A stretch of 62,738 bases of DNA, the filler included, from Blastocystis sp. subtype 4 (Eukaryota): assembly GCF_000743755.1 (NCBI RefSeq). It is 2 parts of 2 records of this genome, joined end to end, with 100 filler letters (N's around TTAATTAATTAA, not from the genome) between each part and the next. Parts side by side here need not be neighbours in the genome. Positions count along the whole stretch, not along the records: positions 1 to 31,346 come from NW_014569435.1; 1 more part is not named here. The stretch is one strand, 5' to 3'. Each line of letters opens with the position of its first letter. The stretch's first letter is position 1. The position numbers and the translations under genes are program-made. Below, in pieces: positions 1 through 12,367 of this stretch. The notes beneath the pieces are model-generated. The model had not been told where the DNA came from. It searched no databases and saw only the letters and a list, made by a program, of their open reading frames with translations.

Positions 1-498
1 AAGAATGCTAGCATTCAGTGGGTGAGGAGAACCATCTGATATGTAGACCCAGCCAAACGAATCACAGTTCGGGAAGCTCTGGAAAGTGAGTTTGTGGCTA
101 CAATTCGTCGGCCTGAGCAGGAGGTAGGAATGAGGAAAGAGAGTGATGGCAGCGATTAACCACCAAAACCATGGTGTTTCCTTTTGAGTATGGGATTCAA
201 GGAGGACCTGAGAACGAACGACAAATCTTGCGCAGACTTATCTACAATGAAGCATTGCTGTTTAGGTAGGATGTGAAAGATGACATGGAGTGTAGACAAG
301 AACAAACTGCTAATGAAGCATCGTCACCTCAGCAATCAAGGCATCGTAGTTTAACGATGGGAGCGGTTCCACATGAGAATCTGATGCCATACAGTCCTAC
401 ATTTTTTAACAAGAATTGTGAGTTTTTGAGGATATTTATGATAATTAGTAGCTCATGAATATGCAGATGAGGATCACAAAAACTGTTCCTTCCTATAG
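1..498 (+). CDS. MAP kinase, 3' part (starts before the window; intron-split)
   Basis: Spliced translation RMLAFNPAKRITVREALESEFV...LRRLIYNEALLF matches kinase subdomain XI and the MAPK C-terminal helix. Ends KNCSFL-TAG(496-498). TGTTTGTT at 510-517. Confidence 0.75.
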
Positions 499-691
499 AT
501 GCCTCTGAATGTTTGTTTGATATATAACTGTTTTTAAATCATGAATGAGACAACTAATGGGGGACAGGAAAGGGAGTACAAACCACTAGTATATTCCTAT
601 TTGTCTATTTTTGTTCCAGGAGTGATAAGTTGTTAGAATGGAGTCTACATCATCTCCTGGTAGTTATCCACAACAACTTCGTGTGAATTTC

Positions 692-1362
692 ATGAAGATG
701 CAGGTACGTTCAAATCAAGCCCTGAAACTGTCTATAAGGCTATAGGAATATCTAGAATTCTCATCATTTATGTAGATGTCGACGTTGATTTCGTATGCAA
801 AGTCGTTTAACTTGCCAACGGCACAGGAAATGTCGCATATGGAGATCGCCAATCTTGTTGCAAAGTATGTATTGTTAGTATGGTGTCACTTGTAGTCATT
901 TCTTAGCTCACACAATTGACGAGAATAAAGTTATTCACGAATTCTACGACAAGATAGAAGCTGTACAATAATCTCAAATTGGTTGAAGCCTAGATCAAGA
1001 ACAATCCAACCACTTCTTATTTGGATTCATCTTCGGTAAGTACTAAACGACAGACAAAGAGACCGAAGAAAGTGTGTGTAATACAAGAGTCTCAAGTGTA
1101 GTATACGCAAAACGAAGATACAATCTATCACTACAACACAAGGAGTAAAACAGCTGAAGCATCAGCACCTGTTGAAAAGGAACCTGAACAAGTTATTCAG
1201 TATTGTATCTGTGGTCAACCAGAGAATGACAATATGGTTGAATGTGAAAACACAGAGTGCAAACACAAATGGTTCCATTACTCTTGTGTTGGGATTACAG
1301 ACCCAGATTCGCTTCCTGCTAAATGGTACTGTCCCGATTGCGCCGCTAGTCATACAGACTAA
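692..1362 (+). CDS. PHD-finger protein (ING-like); start approximate
   Basis: Last exon YCICGQPENDNMVECENTECKHKWFHYSCVGITDPDSLPAKWYCPDC is a C4HC3 PHD finger of the ING type. TAA at 1360-1362. Confidence 0.75.
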
Positions 1363-1414
1363 TTGTTTGATATCTTTGTTCATCCAATGTTCTGTTTATA
1401 ATAACAAATACATG

Positions 1415-3799
1415 ATAAAGCTGTATTAAATAGATTATAGAAATATCCCCGTTTTCTCATCAACTCATCAAATGTTCCTTCTTCGATCAATTTTCCCTAC
1501 TTATCAATGAGTAGAATCATATATACTTGATTCAACACATATAATCGATCACAATGAATAATGCTCTCTCTTCGATGAGTAATCATGATAATAGTTTTGT
1601 CATGATTCTTATTCACATTTGAATAGATCGTGTTAATGATTAACGTCTCATTCTCTCCATCTAATGCTCTAGAGATAATACTTCGTTCATTACATCTAAC
1701 GAAGTTGGTTCATCCATAATGATTACTTTTGGATCACGTAATAAACTACGAGCAATTGCAATACGCTTTGAATTAGAATCATTTGATAATTATACCTGCT
1801 TCTGTCCTCCACTGATACCAACACCTCGTTCACCAACAGTACTATCAATCACATTGCTCCTCCATCTGTACGTATCAAGTCCATTAGGCATGAACCGTGT
1901 GAAATCGTCTATGTGCATCTGATTCACTACTTCCTTCACTCTCTCTTCTGATACATGCTACAATCAATTCATTCTCAACCACCATACTTCAGATCCATAT
2001 ACAATATTCGATCGGATGGTACCACTAAACAAAACAGGCTCTTGAGGCACCTATTCAATGAATCATTCATTCAATCCTCACAATACTGATTACACTCCGA
2101 ATGAAATCTCCAGCAAGGTTATTGAGATTTATTCCATCTAGCAGAACCTCTCCCTGAGTCACCTTATACAGACCTCCCACTAATGAGGAAATAGTACTCT
2201 TGCCAGATCCAGATCCACCTACGATACCAATATTCTCCCCAGGATGAGCAATAATATCTATTGATCATATTCTCTTCTTATCTCTACTGATATTTTGAAG
2301 TACCAGGTGATGAGGCTCTTGTGGATAGGCAAATGAAACATCTTTCAATTGAATCTCACCTTTCAATGTTTCTTGAGCCGTTATCGCCATGTCTGTTGTG
2401 TGATTCCGTTCACTGTAGTAACGATCCAAACCACTTCCTTTTGTTGGAACAAATGGATTGGCAGTCAGTTCAAATACACGTTGACTTGCTCCCAAAGCCT
2501 AATCATTCATTCTCTTCATTTTCTTCTACCTCCATAATCCGTGAATATACCTTCATTGTAGCTGTGATTCCAGAAGAAACACTCATTGTATACATAGCAA
2601 AGGATGCAAGCTGACCTCCAGTTAATGCCCCTCCAACAATCATATTTCCTCCTACCCACAAACCACATAGTAAAGCAAGCTATGGAACAACAGAAGTCAG
2701 TTACTCACTTTCATGGATAACCCAACACCTGCTCCAAAAGCAGCCCGAATTCTGGCACGTTTGTTATCATTGTCAAAAAGGAGCTTATTTTTGGCTTTGT
2801 AATCCAAATATTCCCGTCGTTCCTAAATCTAACAAATGTCTTGATAATCATACTTGATTGAACCACTTAACAGTTCGGATATTTCCCACCTTTTCTTCAA
2901 CACAGATATTCATTTGAGCGAGATTATCTTTAATAGTTCGACTTAACTTCTTCACTCTTCGACCGTTATAGTAAGTGATAACTGTAATAGGAGATAGAAG
3001 AAGAAGAATGTAACCAGTAAGAGTAGGAGAAATATACAACATTAACTGTGACTCAATAACTATTCATGCAATTACTCCTAATGATCCAATTGTCTGAACG
3101 AGACTGATGATTCCAGTACCAAAGTAATTACCTAGAAGAAGACCTAACTCTTGAATGTCGCTTCCCATACGAGAAGTTAATTCTCCAGTATGTGTGGTAT
3201 CGTGAAATTGCATCTATACTAATAGTTCAAGAGAAATGCTACGTCCTCGTTGAGAATCACCTTATATGTGTTATTTCGGATCTTTTGAATGATCGTATGA
3301 GCTAAAAAGTCAGAGATGTAGTCACTGTAATAGTCAAGAAAGGCTGAAATGCCAAAAAGACCCGCCATTCCACAAGTTAGAAGTGGAAGTTGGGACATAT
3401 CTCCCTTTACAGCCATGTCAACAAGTTTTCCGAATGCCATTGGAATTGAAAGAGAGATTAGAGAAGATGCCAAGAGAGAAGAAATAGATTTCACCTAGAA
3501 ATTAGTACTCGGTTATGAACGGACCAAGAGAGTTCCATTTCCTTTATATAAAGCCAAGAGTCGTTTCGCATCACCCTTCGTCCATTTCTTTCCATCCTAT
3601 CTGTTTATTTCACTTGAAGAACCCTACAGTAGGCTGAGAATCATTCCCCTGATACAAGAATGAAAAGGGTTGAACATGAATACAAACAGTGGTTTGCTGA
3701 CAGAAAATGGCTTACAAATAAGTTTCATTGTTAGAAAGTACGTTTTCGAGCTACAGAGCTCACCATCTTCGGTACCAGTCGATACGGCTTGCTGAACAT
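1415..3799 (-). CDS. Mitochondrial-type ABC half-transporter (ABCB10/MDL1-like)
   Basis: TMD exons (SLSIPMAFGKLVD, EEKVGNIRTVKWF), Walker A GGSGSGKS, signature ISGGQKQ, basic N-terminal presequence MFSKPYRLVPKMVSSVARK. Stop probably completed by poly(A) at T1415. Confidence 0.85.
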
Positions 3800-4024
3800 G
3801 ATATTTTCCTTTTCAAGTCAGAGGAATTGTACTACTGATAAAAAGGACTTGACAAGGAGAAATGAAATGATCGTGGCTATGTGTGTGATCTCTCTTCCAT
3901 TGTTTAGTAAAACTCTGTGGATTCATTTGACACCAACTGAATCAGACCATACGAAAACGGCTCTATTTCTGTCAAACTGTGGATACTCATTATTCCTTTT
4001 GTAGTTACCGGTTCAATTACTCAA

Positions 4025-4638
4025 ATGGCCTCAGTCATTGGAACTGTATTCACAGGAATGGCAGGTTATCACTAGAGACTAATGCAACAGTGCACACGGA
4101 TGATCATCCCTCGCTCGATTTGTGGTAATACAACTGCCATTTACTTATCAATAGCTATGAATGGAACAGTTCTTCGCAGATCTTTCGCTAGTAAGTTATC
4201 TTTCTATTGTTTTATGAGTAGCTACTGACAAACTCATTTATATTAAGGATGACGATACTTATCACACTCTTAAGAATGTAGGTGTACTTGAATTTATTGA
4301 CAATTAGGGTGACAAGCCGTCCATTATGAACTTTTCAGCAAGTTGGTGCGGCCCTTGCAAGCGTATGGCACCTCAGTTTTCTGCTCTCAGCAACGCTTAC
4401 GATCAAGTCAATTTTGTGAAAATTGATGTTGACGCTAGTCCGAATCTGGCTACAGAAGAGCGAATTACTGTATGTTGTAATTGACTTGGATTCTGGATAG
4501 AGTGTTCCTACCTACAAGCTCTATAAGAACAACAAACTCATTTCCCAAGTATAAGTGATGTTTCGATGTGATGTTTAGTTTGCTGGAGCAGACTTGACCC
4601 AGTTAAAGGTGATGATTGACCAAGCAAAGAGTGCTTAA
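4025..4638 (+). CDS. Thioredoxin with N-terminal organellar presequence
   Basis: WCGPC active site, FVKIDVD and SVPT motifs. TAA at 4636-4638. ~30-nt introns, the first being GC-AG (4061-4090). Confidence 0.9.
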
Positions 4639-4834
4639 GTAATGGGATTATTGTAATTCTTTGTTTCTAATAATCGTGGTCTTTTGATGAAACCCCCGCT
4701 GGATGGAATCTTCCTTCTCAAATAACAGTTGAAACCATTGGCTGTTGTGTTTGTTGCTCGTTTCTTGTTATAGTAAAGCAAGGAACGGTCTTAGGAAAAC
4801 CTGAGCGAGCAATCAGGGAAGGGTAGTGTTCGAA

Positions 4835-5946
4835 ATGAGCAAATCATTAGCAAACGAGGAAATGTCCCGTCTGGTGGACTTGGATTTTATATTAGATGAA
4901 ATGAATAATCCAGATGACCTTCAAGGTAGATTATCTTGTTCATTTGAAATTACTAATTATCTAGATGATGAAAAAGATAACGATATGTATACTGGTAACG
5001 ATGATGTAAGTATCATTGTCATTGAGTGAATCATAGAAGAATCCCCGAAAACGACGATTGGATTCATCTCAACTTGGTATCCCAGTCGGTGACATTGCTG
5101 AACTATTGATTTTAAGAAGAAGAAGCGTTTTTGTTGGGATGAGAGTTTACATTTTCGATTTCTGGAGTTCATTTTTCGTTTCGGTATTGACAGTATTTGT
5201 AGCACTGTGTATTTGATAAGTAGATATTAGTCCCCAGAAATTGTATGATACTCTAAAACCATGTATGAATGGAATCACTTTTGAGTTTTTTTCTCAATAT
5301 CTACTGGTTTGTACCGGAAAAAGATAAATAAAATATAGTTGTTACGAACTCACATCAATGAAGCATTGCAAGACTTTTTAAATTGTTACCGACAAGCAGA
5401 ACAATTTCGGATCAAATGTCTTCCAGTAGCTGAACTATTGTTCTTTCATTTCTAGCAAGATGGTGTTGTAAGCCGATTCAGTACCTATCCATTCTCTCCA
5501 ATCTTATCTAATTTGAGTAGTGTATGTGTATCTATCTGTACTTATCATAGCCTCTTGTATCTCGAATGATATCATCTTCATCTCCTTCAGAACCACGATA
5601 TACCATTCCATCTGTACCTGAATCACTTCGGACCTCCATCGATTCCATGGATAGTTTACCCTTGCTACTGGGTACTTCTGAGTATGATTCCGCTATGAAC
5701 CAACAAATCCAGTTGCATCAAGATATGCTAAAACAGAACGAAGTGGTGTGGAATAAGACGTGTGATGAGTATTCGAATGATAATGGAAATGTGCGTAGCT
5801 TTTCAGAAGCTGATATTCTCCCATCACAGTCGATGCGAAATAGTGACATTTCAAATACATTTCTGCAGAATGTTGATGTACTGTTGAATGTACCTGAACA
5901 AGAGAGTGAATTAGATGATGCGAATCTCTTTGACTTTTTGAAGTGA
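4835..5946 (+). CDS. Myb-like (SHAQKYF/GARP-class) DNA-binding protein
   Basis: Exon KKKRFCWDESLHFRFLEFIFRFGID..ISPQKLY resembles the GARP motif RLxWTxELHxxFxxA. Ser-rich C-terminus. TGTTTGTT at 5978-5985. Confidence 0.6.
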
Positions 5947-6001
5947 CTGTAACATGACACGGTCCTTGTGACCTCCATGTTTGTTAGTAATAAATAAATC
6001 A

Positions 6002-7028
6002 CTAAAGAAACAACATGGAATCAGAGTGTGTAGAAGACAGGGTTGGGTACTGAAAAGAATGAATAGACGCAGGTATTTCAAGAAAGCTATCCTAAAACAG
6101 CCATAAGAAATGCTTACATTAACAAATCGGGACAGAATGCCGATCCCTCCAATTGTAGAAGAGCATTGAAATATTGTTGGAGTTCTTCAGCGACAGTAAA
6201 TCCATCGATTTGGTTGGTAGCAGAAGACCCCAATTTGAGACGAGGAAGGACTGGGAGAGAATCTCGCAAAGATGAGTAATTATAGATACTACGAATCTTC
6301 TGATCAAGGTTACGAATATCGTCGATGGATTTCACAAGAATATGAACACCCCAGCGATACTCCAGAACATGAAACTCGTACAACTACAGTTCATACATTT
6401 CATATTGCTTACCATTCGTTTGGGATCGAAATAAGAAGATATAGATAGAAAACGGCCTATCAATGGACATCATCAACAATACCTACTCAAAGCAAGACGA
6501 TATGCATATGAAAGGAACGGAAAGACTTGAGCATTTTCGAAGGCACAACTATATTCATACAGCGTTGAATCATCAACTCCAGTCCGAATAACAATCTGAG
6601 CTTGATTACCACTCCAATGGATGTTAATGACACTACACATAAAGATATCGCAGAATATTCGACAAAGGCATAGTATTGATATGGTAAACATTGAAATAAC
6701 AATCTACATATCAGATAGTTTTGCAACTCCAACCATTTATCAAAACTGAACACTTATTAACTAAAGAGTAATGGCGCAACGTGATAATCGCTCCTTGCGT
6801 TTCTGACTTCACTAACCAAATGATGCTTCTTAAATTTCCTAATGTATTATCACGTTTGAATAGAAAACAAACCCGAGAGAATGGAAAGAGAATCCATGGG
6901 GGAGATCGACTCTCCTGATGAAATACCAGTTAGTTCATCCATAGATGAATCTGTTTATGGTATAAATGTGAGAGGATCAGGTTGTGAATAAGAATGTCTA
7001 AGAGATAAACATTCTCACCGATATCCAT
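6002..7028 (-). CDS. PX-domain-like protein; 5' end uncertain
   Basis: Exon ...LVKSIDDIRNLDQKIR...LPVLPR...AEELQQYFNALLQL...FL follows the PX-domain pattern. Confidence 0.5.
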
Positions 7029-7073
7029 TCCTTCTTTTGTTTGTTCAATGAATTCGTTTGATCACTAATTTAC

Positions 7074-10000
7074 ATGTCTCAAACAGATGTTGGATTGATT
7101 GAGAATCTATCTTTCCGACTACTCAAATTTGTTGTTGAAATGTTCGTTTTGTAAGTATTAGGAGTATTATCTGTTGACTGTAAAGAAGTCTCAAAATGTA
7201 CCTTCTTCATCATCTATCTATATTCGGGAACCGATAATTCGTCTTATTGGTCGTGTTAATAGTGAACATGACATTTGTGTACATGTTCACCATGTAAATT
7301 GTGATTCTATGTTTTTATTCATAGTATTATCCCTATTTCTTTGTTTGTATCGAGCCTATTATCCAGTCGATTGATTTGTCAACATGGATGAACGAATTTG
7401 AAAGAGGAATTGATCAATATCTCCGGAAAGAAGATTCAGATGGTAAAACTGAGGTGGTGCTATGATTGTAGTAAAAGCACTTTCTGGTTCTCTTCGTTCC
7501 AAGTATGTACAATCGGTAGGCAAATAGACCATTTTTGATTGGTAGCTTCAATTAGTGAAGTCTCGTTCGATTTACGGTTTTCATCTTGCTCCAGAATTGT
7601 TCATTCGTATCAACCTGTTCTATTATATCACTTTTCTTATTTGTAGATACAATCCATCAGATGTGGTCAAATTGGCACGAACTGTCGTTGAAGGCAAACT
7701 TCCGAAACCAGATCAACCAATTTATGTTGAGAAGAAGGATTGTTTCCCTTCGTTACTTGCCTATGAACATAAATACAACTACAAACTGAAATTCTTAACA
7801 GATTTGAATGTTTCCATTTTCGGTAATTTGACAATTACCAATTTTGTTGTACTTTCTGATACCCAACTTCATGCTTAGTTGCGTCGGCCTTTTTCGATCT
7901 CGGAATATGATCCTTGGAGTCGTCATAGTATCTGTTCCTTAGAAGGAGATATATTGATAAGTAACATTGAATCACCAGATCGAGGGAATGATGATTATCT
8001 AATTCCTTCTCTATTATTATTGAAACAAAAAGTGGATCTTGTGTTTGGTTCACAGCCTATTATTTCTCTGAGTAATGATCGTAAAGGAGTTACAGTGGAT
8101 GTATGTAGTGATTCAATTGGAAAGGAGAAATTTCGATTGTATGCTGAATCTATTGTGAAGAAGAAGGACATTTCAAATGGATTGGATGTTTCATCATTGA
8201 TTGATACCACTTCATCCTTATCAATGACTCCTCTGTCTATTCAACCATCTCCTTTGGTGTCTATGTCATTTCTCACTCCTCAACCGTCTTCTTCAATACC
8301 AACTCCATCTCTTCCTTCTAGGTTATCTCTTCCCCCTCCTTCTTCTTCATCTTCATTGCTTCCATCTTCTGTCTCTCCTGTTTCCACTTATCGTCGTCTC
8401 CACTTTGTCTCCGCTCCTCCTTTACGTACTCACTTGGATTCTCTCCTTGCTAACTACAATCAGCCTCCCTGTTTCTATGACACTCTTGGCGTCATGCATG
8501 AATTTGACACTATTTCATATCTCCAGTCTCTTGGGCTCCTTCAACCTTCTCAGAAGTGTTACCAAAATCGGCTCATTTTTTGGAAAGAAATGCTTTCCCA
8601 ACAAATCTCTCTACCTCTCAATCAGGTATTTCGACGATATCATTATTCTAGTATTCCCCCGCGGTTATCCGATGATATGGAAACTACGCTATTGGATGAA
8701 TCTCTGGATATGTTGAGAAAGAGTCCACCTCAACTATGCTCTTTTCCTTCACTCACACAATCATCGTTGACTCAAACCCAAATTCATTCTCATGACAAAC
8801 CAGAATTACGACTGTTTAATTTAGAATTGATTTGTGAGAGTGAAGTGAATAAAAAGCCCAATCCACGAAATGACCAGATCATTGCCACATTCTATTCATA
8901 TTCCATTTCGTATAGTTTTATTCAATCGAATTAGACATAGAGATCAACATAACAATGATTCAACTATCATTCATTCAGGATTCATTTTCAGTAGAATTGG
9001 ATTCCTTTTCTAATCTAGACTCCACCTTCTTATCAATTGCAATCCCTCCATATGTACAGAATACCTTTGATTCTTGTCATTATGTGATGACGGAAATGGA
9101 TCTAATTTCTGCAACTGTGAATGCAATCACTTCGTTTAATCCAGATCTCATCGTTGAATATGAAGTCGGTGTTCTGATCATTCATTCATTTTAGACACAA
9201 CGTGATTCGTTGGGTTATCTAATTGATCGTTCGGAGTATCTGAATATTCCTCTTACAGTTCTCATCAGTCGATGTCCATTCCGATTGATTGTGCATGATC
9301 AATGTCTGGATGTCAATGTGAATGCTACATTTGAGATCGATGCAACTTGTAATGAATTTCGATATTCCGGAAAAACAGACTTTTCTGAATGGAAGAAAGC
9401 AACTGATGGCGTGATGAATCTGAACGAGGCCAATACTACGTATAACATCAAGAAGAACAATAATGTGGCTATTTACGGTCGCTATGGTTGGAATTCCAAA
9501 TATCGGTCATATTTTAGTTTTGTCGTTATTTCGTGTTTTACGACGTTATGGATATAGTCGTGAGAATAACAATGAATTTTGTACTGTAATACACAATGTC
9601 TACAATATGACAGTACCTCGATTGAGTATGAGTATGATCAGATGGATGCTATCAAAACCATCATTGATTGATTCTGTATTTATGTATCTCCGTAAGAAGT
9701 CGTTTTATACAATTCACATTCTCTATCACACTCACATTCTGAATCAACTAATTGAGAGTTGTTCCATACAAGGACTTGATCTCACAGATGAGCTAATGAG
9801 AGGATCTCAGTACCATATTGAGAATTTCTTACTAAGGATCAACAAAGATCCGATCTACCAGTTCGTCTGTTTGAATGCAACTGAGTCTCAACTAGCATTG
9901 CAACCTGCTACTGTTGCGATTCCTATGGTGATGGAACCTATGTCATCACTTTACACATCACCCATAGTAGTTATGGATTTTCAATCACTATATCCATCAG

Positions 10001-11989
10001 TAATGATTGCTTATAATATTTGTTTCTCTACTTGTTTGGGCAACATTAATAAACAAACAGGCGTATGAATAACCATACTAATTGAATCTTAGTTTGGACT
10101 GTATGAAGGAACAGGATTTGATCTTCATTATCATCCCAATGAGGAGGAAATCCAAGCAGCTCTTGAAGGAGGATTTCATGTGTCTCCTACTGGAACTGTA
10201 TTTGTGAATCGTGAAGTCCGAGAAGGAATCATTGTGAAAATGGTTTCTGAGATTTTACGAATGAGACTGATGATTAAGCATGTTTTGAATACACAAAAGA
10301 ATCATCCTTATTACGCTTATTATCAATCTATTCTTGATACAAATCAGAATTCTCTTAAGATGATTGTCAATACTACATATGGTTACATCAATGCTGGATT
10401 CAGTGGACGAATGCCTAATGCACAGATCGGTGATAGCATTGTAGAGTATTCCCGCACCATACTCAATACATCTATTAACTATATTCAACAGAAGTATCCA
10501 CAAATTGAGATAGTGTGAGAGTACCATGATCAAATAACCAGTAGCTATGCAGATACAGACTCAATTTTTCTTCATTGCAAAGGATATCGAAGAGAAGATG
10601 CCTTTGCGTTGGGTCATCATCTTGAAGGTAAGTTTGACTTGAACTTTTGATAGATAGAAGAGATTTCGAATCTATTTCCTGCTCCAATTACATTGAAGTT
10701 TGAGAAACTGTATCAACCGTGTATCCTCGTAACGAAGAAGCGTTATACTGGTTATTGTTATATGAATGAATCAAGTCAACCTTTGTTTGTTATTGTGGTG
10801 GAGGGTTAACTATAGTGTTGAAGGAAAGGGGATTGAAATGATTCGATCAGATCAATGTGAATACATTCAACGAATCTCAAAAGAAGTATTAGAACAAGTC
10901 TTTCAAGGATGTAATGAAGAGGAATTACACCAGTGAGGCTTTAGTAATTAGTCTTCTCTAGATATGTGGTGAATGAGTTTCAACTTCTCCTTCAGAATAG
11001 AGTGAGTGTGACAGAATTGATCTTGTGGCGTGAGATTCGTCTCAATTCGTACAAGATGGATATAGGTGAAGAGGATGAGGATCAAAGTGATCCTCAGAAG
11101 TATTATCATCAACTCCTTACAAAGAACAGTTCTCTTCCTCCAGGGGCTATTGTGAGTATTCAACGAATGATGAATGATGAGCGGTACCTCATGAATGGGA
11201 GTTTCATCGTAGTGAAATGCCTCTTCATAGAGAACGTGTTCCTTATCTAGTGATATATGGAATCCCTGGAGTATACATGAATGCAAAGTCTGACTACTTA
11301 GAGTCGTCTTCGAGATACGGTGATCTCTCCGTATGAACTCATCACAGCCGAAGGATCTGTTGGCTATCGTTTAAATAGTCATTACTACATAACAAAGCAT
11401 CTGATCCCTGTTGTTAATCGAGTAGGTGATGAGGATGCAATGATGATTCAGTTAACACAATTGTTCCATATCGATATCGAGAAGTGGTATCAATCAATGC
11501 AAACTGTTCCTATGCCTCCTTCCTTTGCTATTCCTCACACCCATCAGATCCCTTCGCGGAAGTGGCCTCGACGATGTTCGCATTTCCCTTTTGAAATCGA
11601 AGAAGTCGAACAGGCTGAAGAAACTGCGCTACGAGGAAAAGGAATTGATTCATTCTATGTATCTAATACTTGCTTTTTCTGTGGGGCTGTTTGTGCTGGA
11701 AGTGAACAGATTTGTCCTCATTGCCAACAGTTGGATTTCTAAAAGTGGATAATCTTTAGAAAGCCGTTGATGATGCTCACAACAATGAGTACTCGAATCC
11801 GCGATGCAGAAATACGTATGAAACAAGTGATTCGGAAATGTCAGTGTTGCATTGGAAGTGTAGATATTGAAGACGTGGTTTGCACGAATATCAGTTGTCA
11901 TGTCTGCTTTGAGTATTCGAGTTTGAAACAAGAACTTCGGTATTATGATTACATTCAACGACTAATTTTCACTTTTACGAATGTAGAAT
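7074..11989 (+). CDS. REV3: DNA polymerase zeta catalytic subunit
   Basis: B-family motifs VMDFQSLYPSVMIAYNICFSTCLG, KMIVNTTYGYINAGFSGRMP, YADTDS, KKRY, ERVPYLV, plus C-terminal CysA/CysB clusters. 3' end uncertain: no genomic stop until 12234. Confidence 0.9.
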
Positions 11990-12023
11990 GTTATGTTTTC
12001 TATCATCATACCAATAGTGCACA

Positions 12024-12284
12024 CTATGAAGATTTTGAATCTTTCTCTGGAATTGTTATTATTGTTACATCATCAGAAGAAGCTTTAGAGGTAAGTTCAA
12101 ACACCGTTGACCAGTTTTTAAAAACAGTCACCATATCTACTTGTCACACCTCCGTAGAACCCAAACCAGTTGAAGCCTTCTCCATCGACTTGAATTGGGC
12201 AGAAATCGTTTCCAAGACATTAACGATGTCTTGAGAGGATGCAAGAATACTCTTCAAATAGGCAAGCTCAGTTTCCTTGTCCAT
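12024..12284 (-). CDS. Small coiled-coil protein resembling DASH/Dam1 complex subunit Dad2
   Basis: Two exons joined by a 30-nt GT-AG intron (12137-12166) give 76 aa MDKETELAYLKSILASSQDIVNVLETISAQFKSMEKASTDMVTVFKNWSTVFELTSK...VTIITIPEK. NWxxVF resembles Dad2. Not in the ORF track. Confidence 0.6.
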
Positions 12285-12367
12285 AAGAAGAATCTTTGAA
12301 CTGGGCTGTCGTAACAATTTTTGGGTCGTTTCCCAATAGCATTGGATGTTTCACTTGGATCTTTTCT

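Noticed and set aside
11176..11235. Apparent GA-AG intron in REV3
   Set aside because: A canonical 29-nt GT-AG intron just upstream restores DEREMPLHRERVPYLV.
7074..11989. Fragmented ORFs suggesting pseudogenes or a reassigned genetic code
   Set aside because: Stops and frameshifts fall in ~30-nt GT-AG introns whose removal restores conserved motifs under the standard code.
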